64,000 nt of DNA from Candidatus Multivoradales bacterium. GTDB lineage: Bacteria > Acidobacteriota > Thermoanaerobaculia > Multivoradales > J023. The notes under the pieces were generated by a model. That model made no database searches. It had not been told where the DNA came from and saw nothing but the letters and a program-made list of their open reading frames with translations. The stretch covers positions 182,623-246,622 of the forward strand of contig CBDFNS010000023.1 of assembly GCA_965250305.1 (NCBI GenBank). The letters run 5' to 3'. Made by a program: the position numbers and the translations under genes. Positions 19,746 through 29,034 of the stretch are shown in pieces (the stretch's first letter is position 1; each line of letters opens with the position of its first letter).

Positions 19746-21154
19746 GCAGCATCCTTATCGTCGAGGACGATCCCAAGATTCGCGCCAACTTGCAGTTTCA
19801 ACTGCGTCAACAAGGTCTCGTGCCCAGTGTCATGGAGAATGCGGAGGCCGCGCTCGCCGCGCTGACCGACCGCGAGGTCGGTGGTCCCGACCTCCTGCTG
19901 CTCGATGTTCGCCTTCCCGGCATGAGCGGGGTCGATCTGGTCCGCGCGCTGGCCAAGGCCGAGCGTTTACCACCTACGATCATTGTCTCCGGCGAAGCCT
20001 CGATCACCGAGACGGTCGAAGCGGTCCAGCTCGGTGTTCACGACTTCATCGAGAAGCCGTTTACCCGTGAGCGGCTGATGCAATCGATCAAGAATGCCCT
20101 CGAACACACCGCGTTGCGTCGCGAGGTCGCGGAGCTGCGCGCCGAAGTCGCGGCCAGCAACGCCATCTTGGGGAATGCGCCTTCGGTCGAAGCACTTCGA
20201 GAGCAAATCGCGCGCGCTGCGCCGACCGACGGTCGGGTGTTGATTCGGGGTGAAAGTGGCACCGGCAAGGAGCTGGTCGCCAACGCCCTCCACGAGCAGA
20301 GCCCACGGCACAACAATCCGTTCATCAAGATCAACTGCGCCGCGATCCCCACACAACTGATCGAGAGCGAGCTTTTTGGTCACGCCAAGGGTGCCTTTAC
20401 GGATGCCCGCGCGGCCAAGGCGGGGCTGTTCGAGGAGGCTGACGGCGGCACACTCTTTCTCGATGAAATCGGCGACATGGACATGCTCCTGCAAGCGCGT
20501 TTGCTGCGTGTGCTCGAAGACGGCTTGGTTCGGCGGGTGGGCGAGAGTCGTGACCGATCGGTCGATGTACGGGTGATCGCGGCCACCCATTGCGACCTCG
20601 AGGGCTCCGTGCGCTCGGGTGCCTTTCGCGAGGATCTCTATTTTCGTCTGGCCCATTTGCCGATATCCGTACCTGCGCTGCGCGATCGGGGCCGTGACAT
20701 TCGGCGGCTGTTCGACCACTTCCTCGCGCGCTTCACCCAACGCCATCGTGCACGGGTGCGGCGGGTCGACGAAGACGTGTACACCTACTTGACGCGGTAC
20801 CCCTGGCCCGGAAACGTGCGCGAGTTGCGGGCGTTGTGTGAGCGCTTGGTGGTGTTCGGCACCGATCCGCTGACCGTGGAGCAGCTCCCCTCGAGCTTCT
20901 TCGCCAACGGTGACGGCACGGAAGGGAGGAATGGCGAGACCGGGCTCGTGCACCTTAGTGATGCCATGCCCAATTTGACCCTTCGAGCGTTCAAAGCGCA
21001 ATGCGAGAAAGAGTTCATCGAGCGGATGCTGCACCGAACCGACTGGAACGTCACCGCCGCCGCCCGTCTACTCGACATCCGCCGGACGTACCTGCATCAG
21101 AAGATGGCCAACCTCGGGATCAGGCGACCGTCGCCTTCAGCGCTTACAGCCTGA
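19742..21154 (+). CDS. Sigma-54-dependent response regulator (NtrC/NtrX family): REC + AAA+ + Fis-type HTH
   Basis: ILIVEDD...[13 protein letters not shown] receiver, GESGTGKE Walker [12 protein letters not shown], and a C-terminal HTH. ATG at 19742 overlaps the kinase stop (ATGA). Confidence 0.9.
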   Translation: MSSILIVEDDPKIRANLQFQLRQQGLVPSVMENAEAALAALTDREVGGPDLLLLDVRLPGMSGVDLVRALAKAERLPPTIIVSGEASITETVEAVQLGVHDFIEKPFTRERLMQSIKNALEHTALRREVAELRAEVAASNAILGNAPSVEALREQIARAAPTDGRVLIRGESGTGKELVANALHEQSPRHNNPFIKINCAAIPTQLIESELFGHAKGAFTDARAAKAGLFEEADGGTLFLDEIGDMDMLLQARLLRVLEDGLVRRVGESRDRSVDVRVIAATHCDLEGSVRSGAFREDLYFRLAHLPISVPALRDRGRDIRRLFDHFLARFTQRHRARVRRVDEDVYTYLTRYPWPGNVRELRALCERLVVFGTDPLTVEQLPSSFFANGDGTEGRNGETGLVHLSDAMPNLTLRAFKAQCEKEFIERMLHRTDWNVTAAARLLDIRRTYLHQKMANLGIRRPSPSALTA

Positions 21155-21791
21155 TACCGAGGCTCACGCTGTATTCGACATCGAGATCGATCTGAAACGG
21201 TCCTTGGCCTTCCACCGAGAAAACGAATCCCTCTTCGTTATCATCGGGAAGTTCTCGCTGGCGAGCATCTCCGCGCAAGAAGAGGCGATCGCCAATTCCG
21301 ATCTCGGCACCAATGCCGGCGTGCCAAGTATAAGTCTCGCCGGATTCGCGCAGGTTGAATGGCGGGAGGTCGAAACCAAGGAACTCGAAAGAGGGGAGAT
21401 TGATGCCGACCTCGGCACCGACATAGCCCGCACCGCCAAAAACGAAGAAGTCGAATCGATCCCGGCGCACCAGGCTGAATCTCAGCGAGATATCGGCCAT
21501 CTCCAAATCGAGATCGATCGGCACCGAGACGGGCAACAGACCGAGCGCCGGCAGGGCTCCGTCAAAGCTGATTTTGCTGGCCTGAATCTCGATCCCCATC
21601 CGGCCCGCAAATCGGTAGACGAACCGCGCACCAACTCCCTCGCCTTCGTCGTTGATGCCGGGGATGTTGGTGTTGAGATGGGACTGGACCGCGATCCCTT
21701 CCAGGCTGAACGGGTAGTTGCTGGCCTCGGCACTGGGAGCCAGTACCGAAAACAGAAACAGGCACGATAGTAGTGTGGTGGGCGGTCTCAT
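21144..21791 (-). CDS. Outer-membrane beta-barrel protein (OmpW/OmpA-like small porin family)
   Basis: Signal peptide MRPPTTLLSCLFLFSVLAPSAEA and alternating Gly/aromatic beta-strand pattern. ATG at 21791. Confidence 0.55.
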   Translation of the reverse strand: MRPPTTLLSCLFLFSVLAPSAEASNYPFSLEGIAVQSHLNTNIPGINDEGEGVGARFVYRFAGRMGIEIQASKISFDGALPALGLLPVSVPIDLDLEMADISLRFSLVRRDRFDFFVFGGAGYVGAEVGINLPSFEFLGFDLPPFNLRESGETYTWHAGIGAEIGIGDRLFLRGDARQRELPDDNEEGFVFSVEGQGPFQIDLDVEYSVSLGIRL

Positions 21792-21867
21792 CGGCGTTCC
21801 TCCAAACAGGGCTACTGCGGTCAGGTGTGCGGTCAGGTGTGCGGTTGATGAAACGGTTCGCCTGGGG

Positions 21868-22788
21868 TCAGAGCGTTCCCTTCTCACTCAACTCGCGGGC
21901 TTCCGCCTCGGTGTCGACATCGCGCGCCAGCGACCGGCATGAAAGCAGGGCCACTCGGCCACGTCGGTCGGGCAAGCGGCGTCGATGGGCGCGCCGCACC
22001 GCGAACCGGCGCAGCAGGTCCTCCAGTTGTGCCGCCGTGGCGTCATGGCGCGTCAGGTGGCCACCAGTGGTGACCCCATTGGTCACGATGTCCCAGGTCA
22101 AGAGTGGTGCCCGCCCGCGCAGGAATCGTCGCAGGTCGCCGCCGAGAAGCAGGCCCAGGATCTTGCGCAGCATGAGCGCCCGCCGGTAGCGCACCCCGCG
22201 CTCCCGTGTGGCGTAGGCGATGTCGAAGAGGAAGAGCAGCTCACGCAGCCGCAGCACGCACGGGTTGCCGATCACCAAGTGACTCGGCAGCGTCGCTACG
22301 GGCTCCGTGTCGGCGGTGGGCTTGAAGTAGTAGCGTGGCTTGTAGCCCGACGAGCCGAGCTCCGACGGACGTTGAACGCGGTGCTGGGGCATCCAGAAAT
22401 CGAGTGGCCGGTGCGCGCGGTAGTCGTCCAGCGCCGTCGCCAGATCTTCGGCACTTGGCAATACGTCGCTGGTCGCCACCGCCATCTCGTCGATCGGCCC
22501 GCTGGCCATCAGAGCCTCGAGACCAGCTTTCAGGTTGCCCGAGAACGTCGAATCGGTGTCCACGAGCAGAACATCCAAACCCAACGGTTCGTACACTGCC
22601 GCTGGTCCGGCAACCGCGATCGGATCAAACGCCCCGGTCGTCCGCAGGCGCGTCACCAACGCTTCGAGCATCGTCACCCCGCCCACACGGGTGTTGACTG
22701 CTTTGAAGCCATGAAGGCTCTTCCCGTCGCCATGCGGCGACGCGCTCTTGGTGTCGCGGCCAGCGAGGATGATCAACGGGAGCTTCAT
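21868..22788 (-). CDS. Nucleotidyltransferase (MobA-like NTP_transferase fold) protein
   Basis: MKLPLIILAGRDTKS matches the N-terminal G-rich NTP-binding loop of MobA/CofC/GlmU-type transferases. ATG at 22788. Confidence 0.45.
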   Translation of the reverse strand: MKLPLIILAGRDTKSASPHGDGKSLHGFKAVNTRVGGVTMLEALVTRLRTTGAFDPIAVAGPAAVYEPLGLDVLLVDTDSTFSGNLKAGLEALMASGPIDEMAVATSDVLPSAEDLATALDDYRAHRPLDFWMPQHRVQRPSELGSSGYKPRYYFKPTADTEPVATLPSHLVIGNPCVLRLRELLFLFDIAYATRERGVRYRRALMLRKILGLLLGGDLRRFLRGRAPLLTWDIVTNGVTTGGHLTRHDATAAQLEDLLRRFAVRRAHRRRLPDRRGRVALLSCRSLARDVDTEAEARELSEKGTL

Positions 22789-22935
22789 TGTGGGGAAGCT
22801 TACCCTTGATCGGTATCTTGCGGGGGAATCCTCCAGACGAGAGAGTCCACTGGGATGCATCGCCGCCGCAGGCGAGAGGCTGACGTGCTAAATTTGAGGC
22901 CAGAAGATTAATCTCTATGCAGAAATCCACAAACG

Positions 22936-25881
22936 GTGGCGGATGTCCCTCAAGAAGGGGAAGCTGAGTTGGTTCTAGTTCCGTTCAGAGCCCGTGCGAG
23001 AACCGTAGACCATCTCGGCCGGGAGCAGATTGCTGATTGCCCGACTGCAATCAGCGAGCTTTGGAAGAATGCCTACGATGCATATGCCAAGTCGGTAGGG
23101 CTACACATCTTCGATGGCGAACTACCCGTTGCTGCCGTCGTTGACGACGGGCACGGCATGTCTGCCGAGGAATTCGTTGATCGGTGGCTCATGCTCGGGA
23201 CCGAGGCCAAAGCCGGTAAGAATGACGTACCCGTCGAGGATAGGAACGGGCTTCCTCAGCGCCCACGCCAGGGCCAGAAGGGTATCGGCCGTCTATCCGT
23301 CGCTTACCTGGGTCCTACTGTGCTGGTTCTTACCAAGCGGAGAGAGCTGCCTTTCGTTGCAGCGCTTATTGACTGGAGGCTGTTTCAGAATCCGTATCTC
23401 GCGCTCGATGATGTACAGGTGCCGCTTGAGGAGTTTTCAGACACTGTTGACTTCCCCGGAATCCTCAGTAAGCTCTTCGATGGGCTGGTCGACAATGTGT
23501 GGGGCGGTGCGGGAGACCCGGAGCGACAGGCCCGGCTCGAATCAGCCTGGCAGCGATTCTCTAACGATGAGATAGGCAGCGGAGAGTGCTCAGCGGACTG
23601 CATCGCCGGACTCGCGCTAGCAGGAGTCCTCGACGACAGGCACCTTTCCGCCTGGCCGGCCTGGAGCGGAGAGAAAGAAATGGGTACGGCGCTTTTTGTG
23701 TTCGACGTCGGACACGAGCTTCGTGTTTGGATCGACCCGAGTTTTGCGGATGAAGATCCGGAGATCAAGGAAACTCGCGACAACCTTCGCCTTACGTTGA
23801 CCGGATTCATCGATCCATATTCCGATCAAAATCAGGAATTTAGGTATGAGGCCATCGCCCATCGTGGCGCTTGCCGGCATGAGGTCGTGTCCTCCGCGGA
23901 GATGTTCGACATTCACGACCTACGAGATCTTGAACACGTTGTCGAGGGGCGGTTCGATCAAGCAGGACTGTTCAAGGGGCGTGTCCGTGCTTGGGGTCAG
24001 GACCTCGGTGAGGTGACGGTTGCGCCTTCGCGGCCGCCACCCGCTCAGGGTAGTGCTTTTGTCGGTGAATTCGACATCTGTTTCGGCACTTTCGAGCAAG
24101 AGGTTCAGAGAAGCACGCACACCGCCGACGTGATCGCACGTCTTAAGGAACGAGCCCTGCGATTCAGTGGCCTCGCTGTCTATCGCAATGGGATTCGTGT
24201 GCAACCCTACGGCCGCCCACAGGCGGATTTTTTCAGAATGGACTTGCGAAGGCAGATGCACGCAGGACGTGAATTCTGGGCCCATCGCCGCACTTTCGGC
24301 CGGGTCGCGATCACGCAGGAGGAGAACTCACGCCTGCGGGATAAAGCCGGCCGAGAAGGCATCATTGACAATCGCGCCGCACGTGAGTTCCGACTTCTCG
24401 TCGTCGACCTGCTGAAGACCTTGGCTCGTCGGTATTACGGCTCCGACTCCGATGTCAGAGAGGCGAACATCGAAGAAGCCAAGAGGCGGTACGAGCAAGC
24501 GAAAGCAGCCGAGAAGCAAGCCGGAGAACGTCGATTGAAAGCCTTGCGCAAAGCACTGACGACACAAGGTGAGGATCTGGAGGCTTGCCTTGCGGACGTC
24601 AGAGCTGTTCTCAGTGATTTGAAGAGGTCGCTGGATCCGCAAGCCTTCGTGGACCTGAACGATCGGCTGGAGGAACTCCGCAGGACACGCACGAAACTGG
24701 CATTGCCGCCACGCCCGCGAAAGCTGTCAAACTCGCTTGAGGATCGGTACAGGACGTATCGCGATTCCTTTGCGGAGTTGACGGCAACCCTGGAGCGGGC
24801 GAGCACCCGGTGGTCGACAAATGTTGAGGCCGATCCGCGGATGTCGCACGCCGAGGTCGCCAACAGCGCACTCGCCCGGCACCAGAAGTTCATCACGGAT
24901 GCTACCTCTCGCTGGAAGCGATCCATCCGCGCTCTGCTCAAGGTAGAGCAGACTCGTTGGTCAGATCGAGTCGACAAGGACAACACGCGCTACTACGCGC
25001 TCGCTTCTCCCTTGGTCAAGGACGTTGCCGAAGATCGACTGATTCTTGGGCATGTCCTTTCCGAAATGGAGGGGCTGCGGGAGCGCATCTACGCTGAGCT
25101 GGCACGAGAGTACGAAGCGTATCTCCGGGCGCTTGGTGCCCTAGGAGAGGGTATCGATATCGACGAGGCCCTTGCCTGGGCCATCGATGAACGGATGGAT
25201 CTTCAGAACAAGGCCCAACAGTGGCAAGACCTCGCACAACTCGGAATCACCGTCGAGATCATCGGCCACGAGCTCAACGACTCGGCGGCACAGGTTTCCA
25301 GGAATTTGCTTCGGTTGCCGAGTTCTACTAAGAAAACGGAAGCCTACAAACTCGCGAAGGACGGCTTTCAGGCTCTCGTTCATCGCCTAAAGTTCTTAGC
25401 TCCGCTTAGGCTTTCCGGCTCCCACATGCGGGAGACGATCTCCGGAAAGGACATCGAGGAATACCTGCGGAGTTTCTTCAAGGGGCAGATCGCCCACCGC
25501 CGCGTTGATTTTTCTGCCACTCCGGAGTTTAAGGCCGTCACCGTGGTCGACTACCCGCACCGCTTGTACCCCGTCTTCGTGAACCTGGTGAACAACGCAT
25601 TGTATTGGGTGACCTTCGATACCCAGCGCAAGATCTTGCTTGATCGAATCGGAAACCGCGTGTTTGTTGCTGATTCGGGGCCAGGGGTGGATCCCGACGA
25701 CATCCCGCAACTGTTTCAGATGTTCTTTACCCGTAAGGTTGGCGGCCACGGCGTAGGCCTATTCCTGTCACGGGTCAGCCTTGAACAGGGTCGCCATCGT
25801 ATTCGCTACGCTGATCCCGACGAGGGTATCTTGCCGGGCGCAAACTTCATAATTGAGTTTCAGGATCTTCAGAATGAGTGA
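22936..25881 (+). CDS. 981-aa dual-GHKL protein: N-terminal Bergerat-fold ATPase (MORC/MutL-like) + coiled-coil + C-terminal histidine-kinase catalytic core
   Basis: N-terminus has ISELWKNAYDAYA (N-box ExxxNxxDA), VDDGHGMS (G1) and QKGIGRLS (G2). C-terminus has the H-box ITVEIIGHELNDSAAQ, N-box VFVNLVNNALYW, VADSGPGVDPDD, the F-box QLFQMFFT and GGHGVGLFLS. GTG start. GC is about 56% in an island flanked by 67% GC DNA. Confidence 0.75.
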   Translation: MADVPQEGEAELVLVPFRARARTVDHLGREQIADCPTAISELWKNAYDAYAKSVGLHIFDGELPVAAVVDDGHGMSAEEFVDRWLMLGTEAKAGKNDVPVEDRNGLPQRPRQGQKGIGRLSVAYLGPTVLVLTKRRELPFVAALIDWRLFQNPYLALDDVQVPLEEFSDTVDFPGILSKLFDGLVDNVWGGAGDPERQARLESAWQRFSNDEIGSGECSADCIAGLALAGVLDDRHLSAWPAWSGEKEMGTALFVFDVGHELRVWIDPSFADEDPEIKETRDNLRLTLTGFIDPYSDQNQEFRYEAIAHRGACRHEVVSSAEMFDIHDLRDLEHVVEGRFDQAGLFKGRVRAWGQDLGEVTVAPSRPPPAQGSAFVGEFDICFGTFEQEVQRSTHTADVIARLKERALRFSGLAVYRNGIRVQPYGRPQADFFRMDLRRQMHAGREFWAHRRTFGRVAITQEENSRLRDKAGREGIIDNRAAREFRLLVVDLLKTLARRYYGSDSDVREANIEEAKRRYEQAKAAEKQAGERRLKALRKALTTQGEDLEACLADVRAVLSDLKRSLDPQAFVDLNDRLEELRRTRTKLALPPRPRKLSNSLEDRYRTYRDSFAELTATLERASTRWSTNVEADPRMSHAEVANSALARHQKFITDATSRWKRSIRALLKVEQTRWSDRVDKDNTRYYALASPLVKDVAEDRLILGHVLSEMEGLRERIYAELAREYEAYLRALGALGEGIDIDEALAWAIDERMDLQNKAQQWQDLAQLGITVEIIGHELNDSAAQVSRNLLRLPSSTKKTEAYKLAKDGFQALVHRLKFLAPLRLSGSHMRETISGKDIEEYLRSFFKGQIAHRRVDFSATPEFKAVTVVDYPHRLYPVFVNLVNNALYWVTFDTQRKILLDRIGNRVFVADSGPGVDPDDIPQLFQMFFTRKVGGHGVGLFLSRVSLEQGRHRIRYADPDEGILPGANFIIEFQDLQNE

Positions 25882-27544
25882 CGCCGGGGGGCACGTTGGT
25901 CCATGTGGCCCGGTAGAGGCCTACGTCCTGCCGATTCGGTCCGTGCTATTCATTGACGACCAGTTTCCAACGTTCGGACGATCCCCCCCACATGAGGTAA
26001 AAGAGACCGTAAGAGCACGTGCCCTCTGGCAAGTGTGCACGGAACGCGGCTGGCTTTGCGATGTAGACAACTCGCCGGATTGGAATACTGCGGAAAAACA
26101 ACGCCGCCTTGCGGCGTGCGATCTTCTCGTCCTTGACTTTCACTTGGACGGCGACAATAGCGCACCGGCTCTGATCATCATCCAACAGCTCGCTTTGAGT
26201 ACCACGCCAAATATGGTCGTGGTTTACACCCGCGACGAGGACCTGGACGATGTCCTTTTCAAGGCAGCGAGTTGGGCAAGGGGTGTGCGAGACGACGCTT
26301 TGGCGATCGAGATGACCGAAGATCTCGAGGAGCTCGAAGAACTCGTGGAGTGGTCAACCCTGGATCTTGCCGAGTACCTTTCGAACGGTACCGTTGGGGC
26401 GTCGTCTTTAAATATCGCGTGCGAAAACGCAAGGCTTCAACGCCCGGCAGAATCGAGTTGCGCTGCTCTGGTTGAGCGCCTGCTTCGGCGCGCATACAAA
26501 GCCGAGCCGACTGACGAGATCAGAAGGATCGAGAGGCTTGGGCACGCGGAGCACAAATGGTTTCAGTGTGGCAACTTGTTTCTGGCAGTAATCGGAAAGC
26601 CTGCGGAACAGGAAGCTGCTTCGGAGGCGGAGTCGCTCCTTGGCGGTCTTGAGGGCGCGGTTCGAGATTGGAAGCCTTCGTGGCTCGCGTGTGACATAGC
26701 AAGCTCGAGGCGGCAGGTGGAGATTGGTGCCTTCCGTGACGATTCTCGCCTGCTGGAGGAGCCGCTGAAGCGAGGTCTATTAGGCTATATCTCGGGTTCA
26801 GAGAGCGAATCTGAGCGTTTGCGCCGGTCAAAGGAAGTCGCTAATAGCCTTCTGTCAAAGAGGTTCGATCGCGCGGCGGCGGAACTCGGCCAGCGCCTTC
26901 TCACCAGATCGACATCTGGCACGAACGAATATCTCGATGAGACTGCAACACTCCATTTGAACACCTATCTGTGCTCGGAGAGCTTTAGTCACCATCATAT
27001 CCATGTGGGAACGATCTTCGCCGAAGTTGGGACAGAGACCAAGTACTGGCTCTGCGTGACACCCGCATGCGACATGGTGCCCAGAAAGCCCGATAAAGTG
27101 TTGAATCCTTGGGCAGCGCGTCTCTATCCTTTCCGGCCGATGCTGGCGCTCCGGCTTACTCGGATCTCCGACGAGTCGAAGATCCGAAGGGCCCTCAAAG
27201 AAGCGCACCTTGGTCGTAACCTGTTCTTCTGGGACCCAGACCGAGAACCTCATGATCCGATCGTAGCCGCCTGCTTTAACCGACGAACTGCTGACCCGAA
27301 TCCGATGCTTGAACAGATGATCGCCGTCGATCAAGCTCGCGTCTCGGAGAGAGGTACGCTTCGGCTGCGCCGTTGCATCAATCGAACGAAGGCGAATGGC
27401 GAGGCCGAGATCGCCCTGCACGAGGTTGAGTGTTTCCCGGTGGCGCAGCTTCGGCCACCCTATTCAGAACGAGTCGTTCATGTAGTGGGAGGACATGTCT
27501 CTCGCATTGGCGTGGACTTCGTCCGGTTCAGGCCCTCAAGCTGA
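25874..27544 (+). CDS. Receiver (REC)-domain protein with an unknown approximately 430-aa output domain
   Basis: ATG at 25874 overlaps the upstream stop (ATGAGTGA). VLFIDDQF ... DLLVLDFHLDGDN ... MVVVYTRDE ... FKAASW reproduce the REC acid pocket, phospho-Asp, Thr and Lys positions. The remainder has no recognisable domain. Confidence 0.7.
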   Translation: MSDAGGHVGPCGPVEAYVLPIRSVLFIDDQFPTFGRSPPHEVKETVRARALWQVCTERGWLCDVDNSPDWNTAEKQRRLAACDLLVLDFHLDGDNSAPALIIIQQLALSTTPNMVVVYTRDEDLDDVLFKAASWARGVRDDALAIEMTEDLEELEELVEWSTLDLAEYLSNGTVGASSLNIACENARLQRPAESSCAALVERLLRRAYKAEPTDEIRRIERLGHAEHKWFQCGNLFLAVIGKPAEQEAASEAESLLGGLEGAVRDWKPSWLACDIASSRRQVEIGAFRDDSRLLEEPLKRGLLGYISGSESESERLRRSKEVANSLLSKRFDRAAAELGQRLLTRSTSGTNEYLDETATLHLNTYLCSESFSHHHIHVGTIFAEVGTETKYWLCVTPACDMVPRKPDKVLNPWAARLYPFRPMLALRLTRISDESKIRRALKEAHLGRNLFFWDPDREPHDPIVAACFNRRTADPNPMLEQMIAVDQARVSERGTLRLRRCINRTKANGEAEIALHEVECFPVAQLRPPYSERVVHVVGGHVSRIGVDFVRFRPSS

Positions 27545-28605
27545 TGGCGGGAGAGCGAAGTTAGGGCTTTTGCCACGGCCAAGGCGTGACGCCTAGCTAG
27601 CTCGGGGGGGAATGCGTTCCCGATCATTGTAGCCACTGGGTACTTTCCTCGTCTAATTGGAAAGCTGTACTTTAGTGGGAATGTTTGCAGCAGAGCTGCT
27701 TCACGAGGCGTCACACAACGATCCTGCTCTGGATGAAGGAAGCGACCCTTGGACGGGTTAACGAAGCCCCCGGTTATCGTGGGTGACACCTCGTCCCAGC
27801 GCATTCTTCCGTAGACGTCGTAGAATCCATCGAAGTCCTTGTGGCATTCAAGCTCGTGCCGAGGGCCAAGGTCCTTCCGGCTGCCTCCATCATGAGGAAT
27901 TTTTTGGATCATCTCCGCAATCTCGGGGCGTCGAGCCTCGGAAACGTCGTGAACGGCATCCTTGCTCGTACCCGGCCTCGACAGTTTTCCGATAGCCTGC
28001 CGTACCGTCCCGCGTTTCTTTTTGGCGACCGCAATCGGCATCGCAACTTGCGCCCCGCGAACCGCTAGCATGATGAGCCGCCGCCGCCGCTGCGGGACAC
28101 CAAAGTCCGCAGCATTGTGCACCTCATCAGTTGCCGTGTAACCAAGGTTGCGGATCGATCGGAGAAGTTCTAGATAACGGCTGTCACCGGCGAGGCCTGG
28201 AACGTTCTCGAGCATGAGCGCCCGCGGCAACAGCTCGCGGACCAGCCGAGCATACTCTTGAACCAAGTCGTTACGCGGGTCGTCAGCTGCTTCGCCTCTG
28301 TTCAGAGTCCTCATGCGCGAGAATCCCTGACATGGCGGGCACCCTGCTAGAAGATCGAGTTGCCCTCGCTTGATTTCAAGATCGTCGAGAATCGTCCGGC
28401 CCGTGAGTTTACGGATATCCTGTCGATAGATCTGAGCGACATCGGCATGGTTGGCCTCGTAGGCCTCTAGTGCTCCCGGCTCACACTCAACAGCCGCCAT
28501 CACCCGGAAACCTGCGAGTTTCAGACCGGTCGTTAAGCCGCCGCAGCCGGAGAAAAGGTCGACTGCAGTCAGCGTGGCTGGACCTTCTGCTAAAGACGTA
28601 TCCAT
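27478..28605 (-). CDS. dcm: DNA (cytosine-5)-methyltransferase
   Basis: DLFSGCGG (motif I), GCPPCQGFS (the catalytic PC motif) and ENVPGL (motif VI). GGAGAC RBS. Convergent with the REC gene and overlapping it by 67 nt. Confidence 0.92.
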   Translation of the reverse strand: MDTSLAEGPATLTAVDLFSGCGGLTTGLKLAGFRVMAAVECEPGALEAYEANHADVAQIYRQDIRKLTGRTILDDLEIKRGQLDLLAGCPPCQGFSRMRTLNRGEAADDPRNDLVQEYARLVRELLPRALMLENVPGLAGDSRYLELLRSIRNLGYTATDEVHNAADFGVPQRRRRLIMLAVRGAQVAMPIAVAKKKRGTVRQAIGKLSRPGTSKDAVHDVSEARRPEIAEMIQKIPHDGGSRKDLGPRHELECHKDFDGFYDVYGRMRWDEVSPTITGGFVNPSKGRFLHPEQDRCVTPREAALLQTFPLKYSFPIRRGKYPVATMIGNAFPPELARRHALAVAKALTSLSRHQLEGLNRTKSTPMRETCPPTT

Positions 28606-29034
28606 GAGGTCTCCGAGGGGGTCGTCGTACTTCTAAGCATAGCCGACTTGCGTTGATTCGGGAATGTGGCGGGGCGATCGGGACACAATGCCAACGTCCG
28701 GCGATCCAAGGTCAACGTTTGGCGGTGAAGCTGGGAAAGCACGGTTCAGACTACCGCTGCCTGGGGCTACTGACCAAAGGGGTTGGTCAAGCCGAGATTT
28801 TCCCTTGGGATCGTCCCGCAGCGAGAGGCACAAACCAGCAGACGGTGGCGATGGGGCGGATCATTATTGGGCCTTCGGCACGACGACCGCTGTCGCTCGT
28901 CGCTTGATAGCTATCCTGACCCGATTCGCCGTCATCGACACCGTCTGCATCAATGCCAGAGATATCTTGTGTGTCTGGCTGCCGGTAGGGGCATGGCAGG
29001 GACAAGTTTCTTCGGTTTGCTTCAATGGCTACGA

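Noticed and set aside
28606-29034. Search for vsr (very-short-patch repair endonuclease) or a restriction endonuclease next to dcm
   Set aside because: No frame gives Vsr-like FVHGCFWH or PD-(D/E)xK motifs; only non-protein-like ORFs are present.
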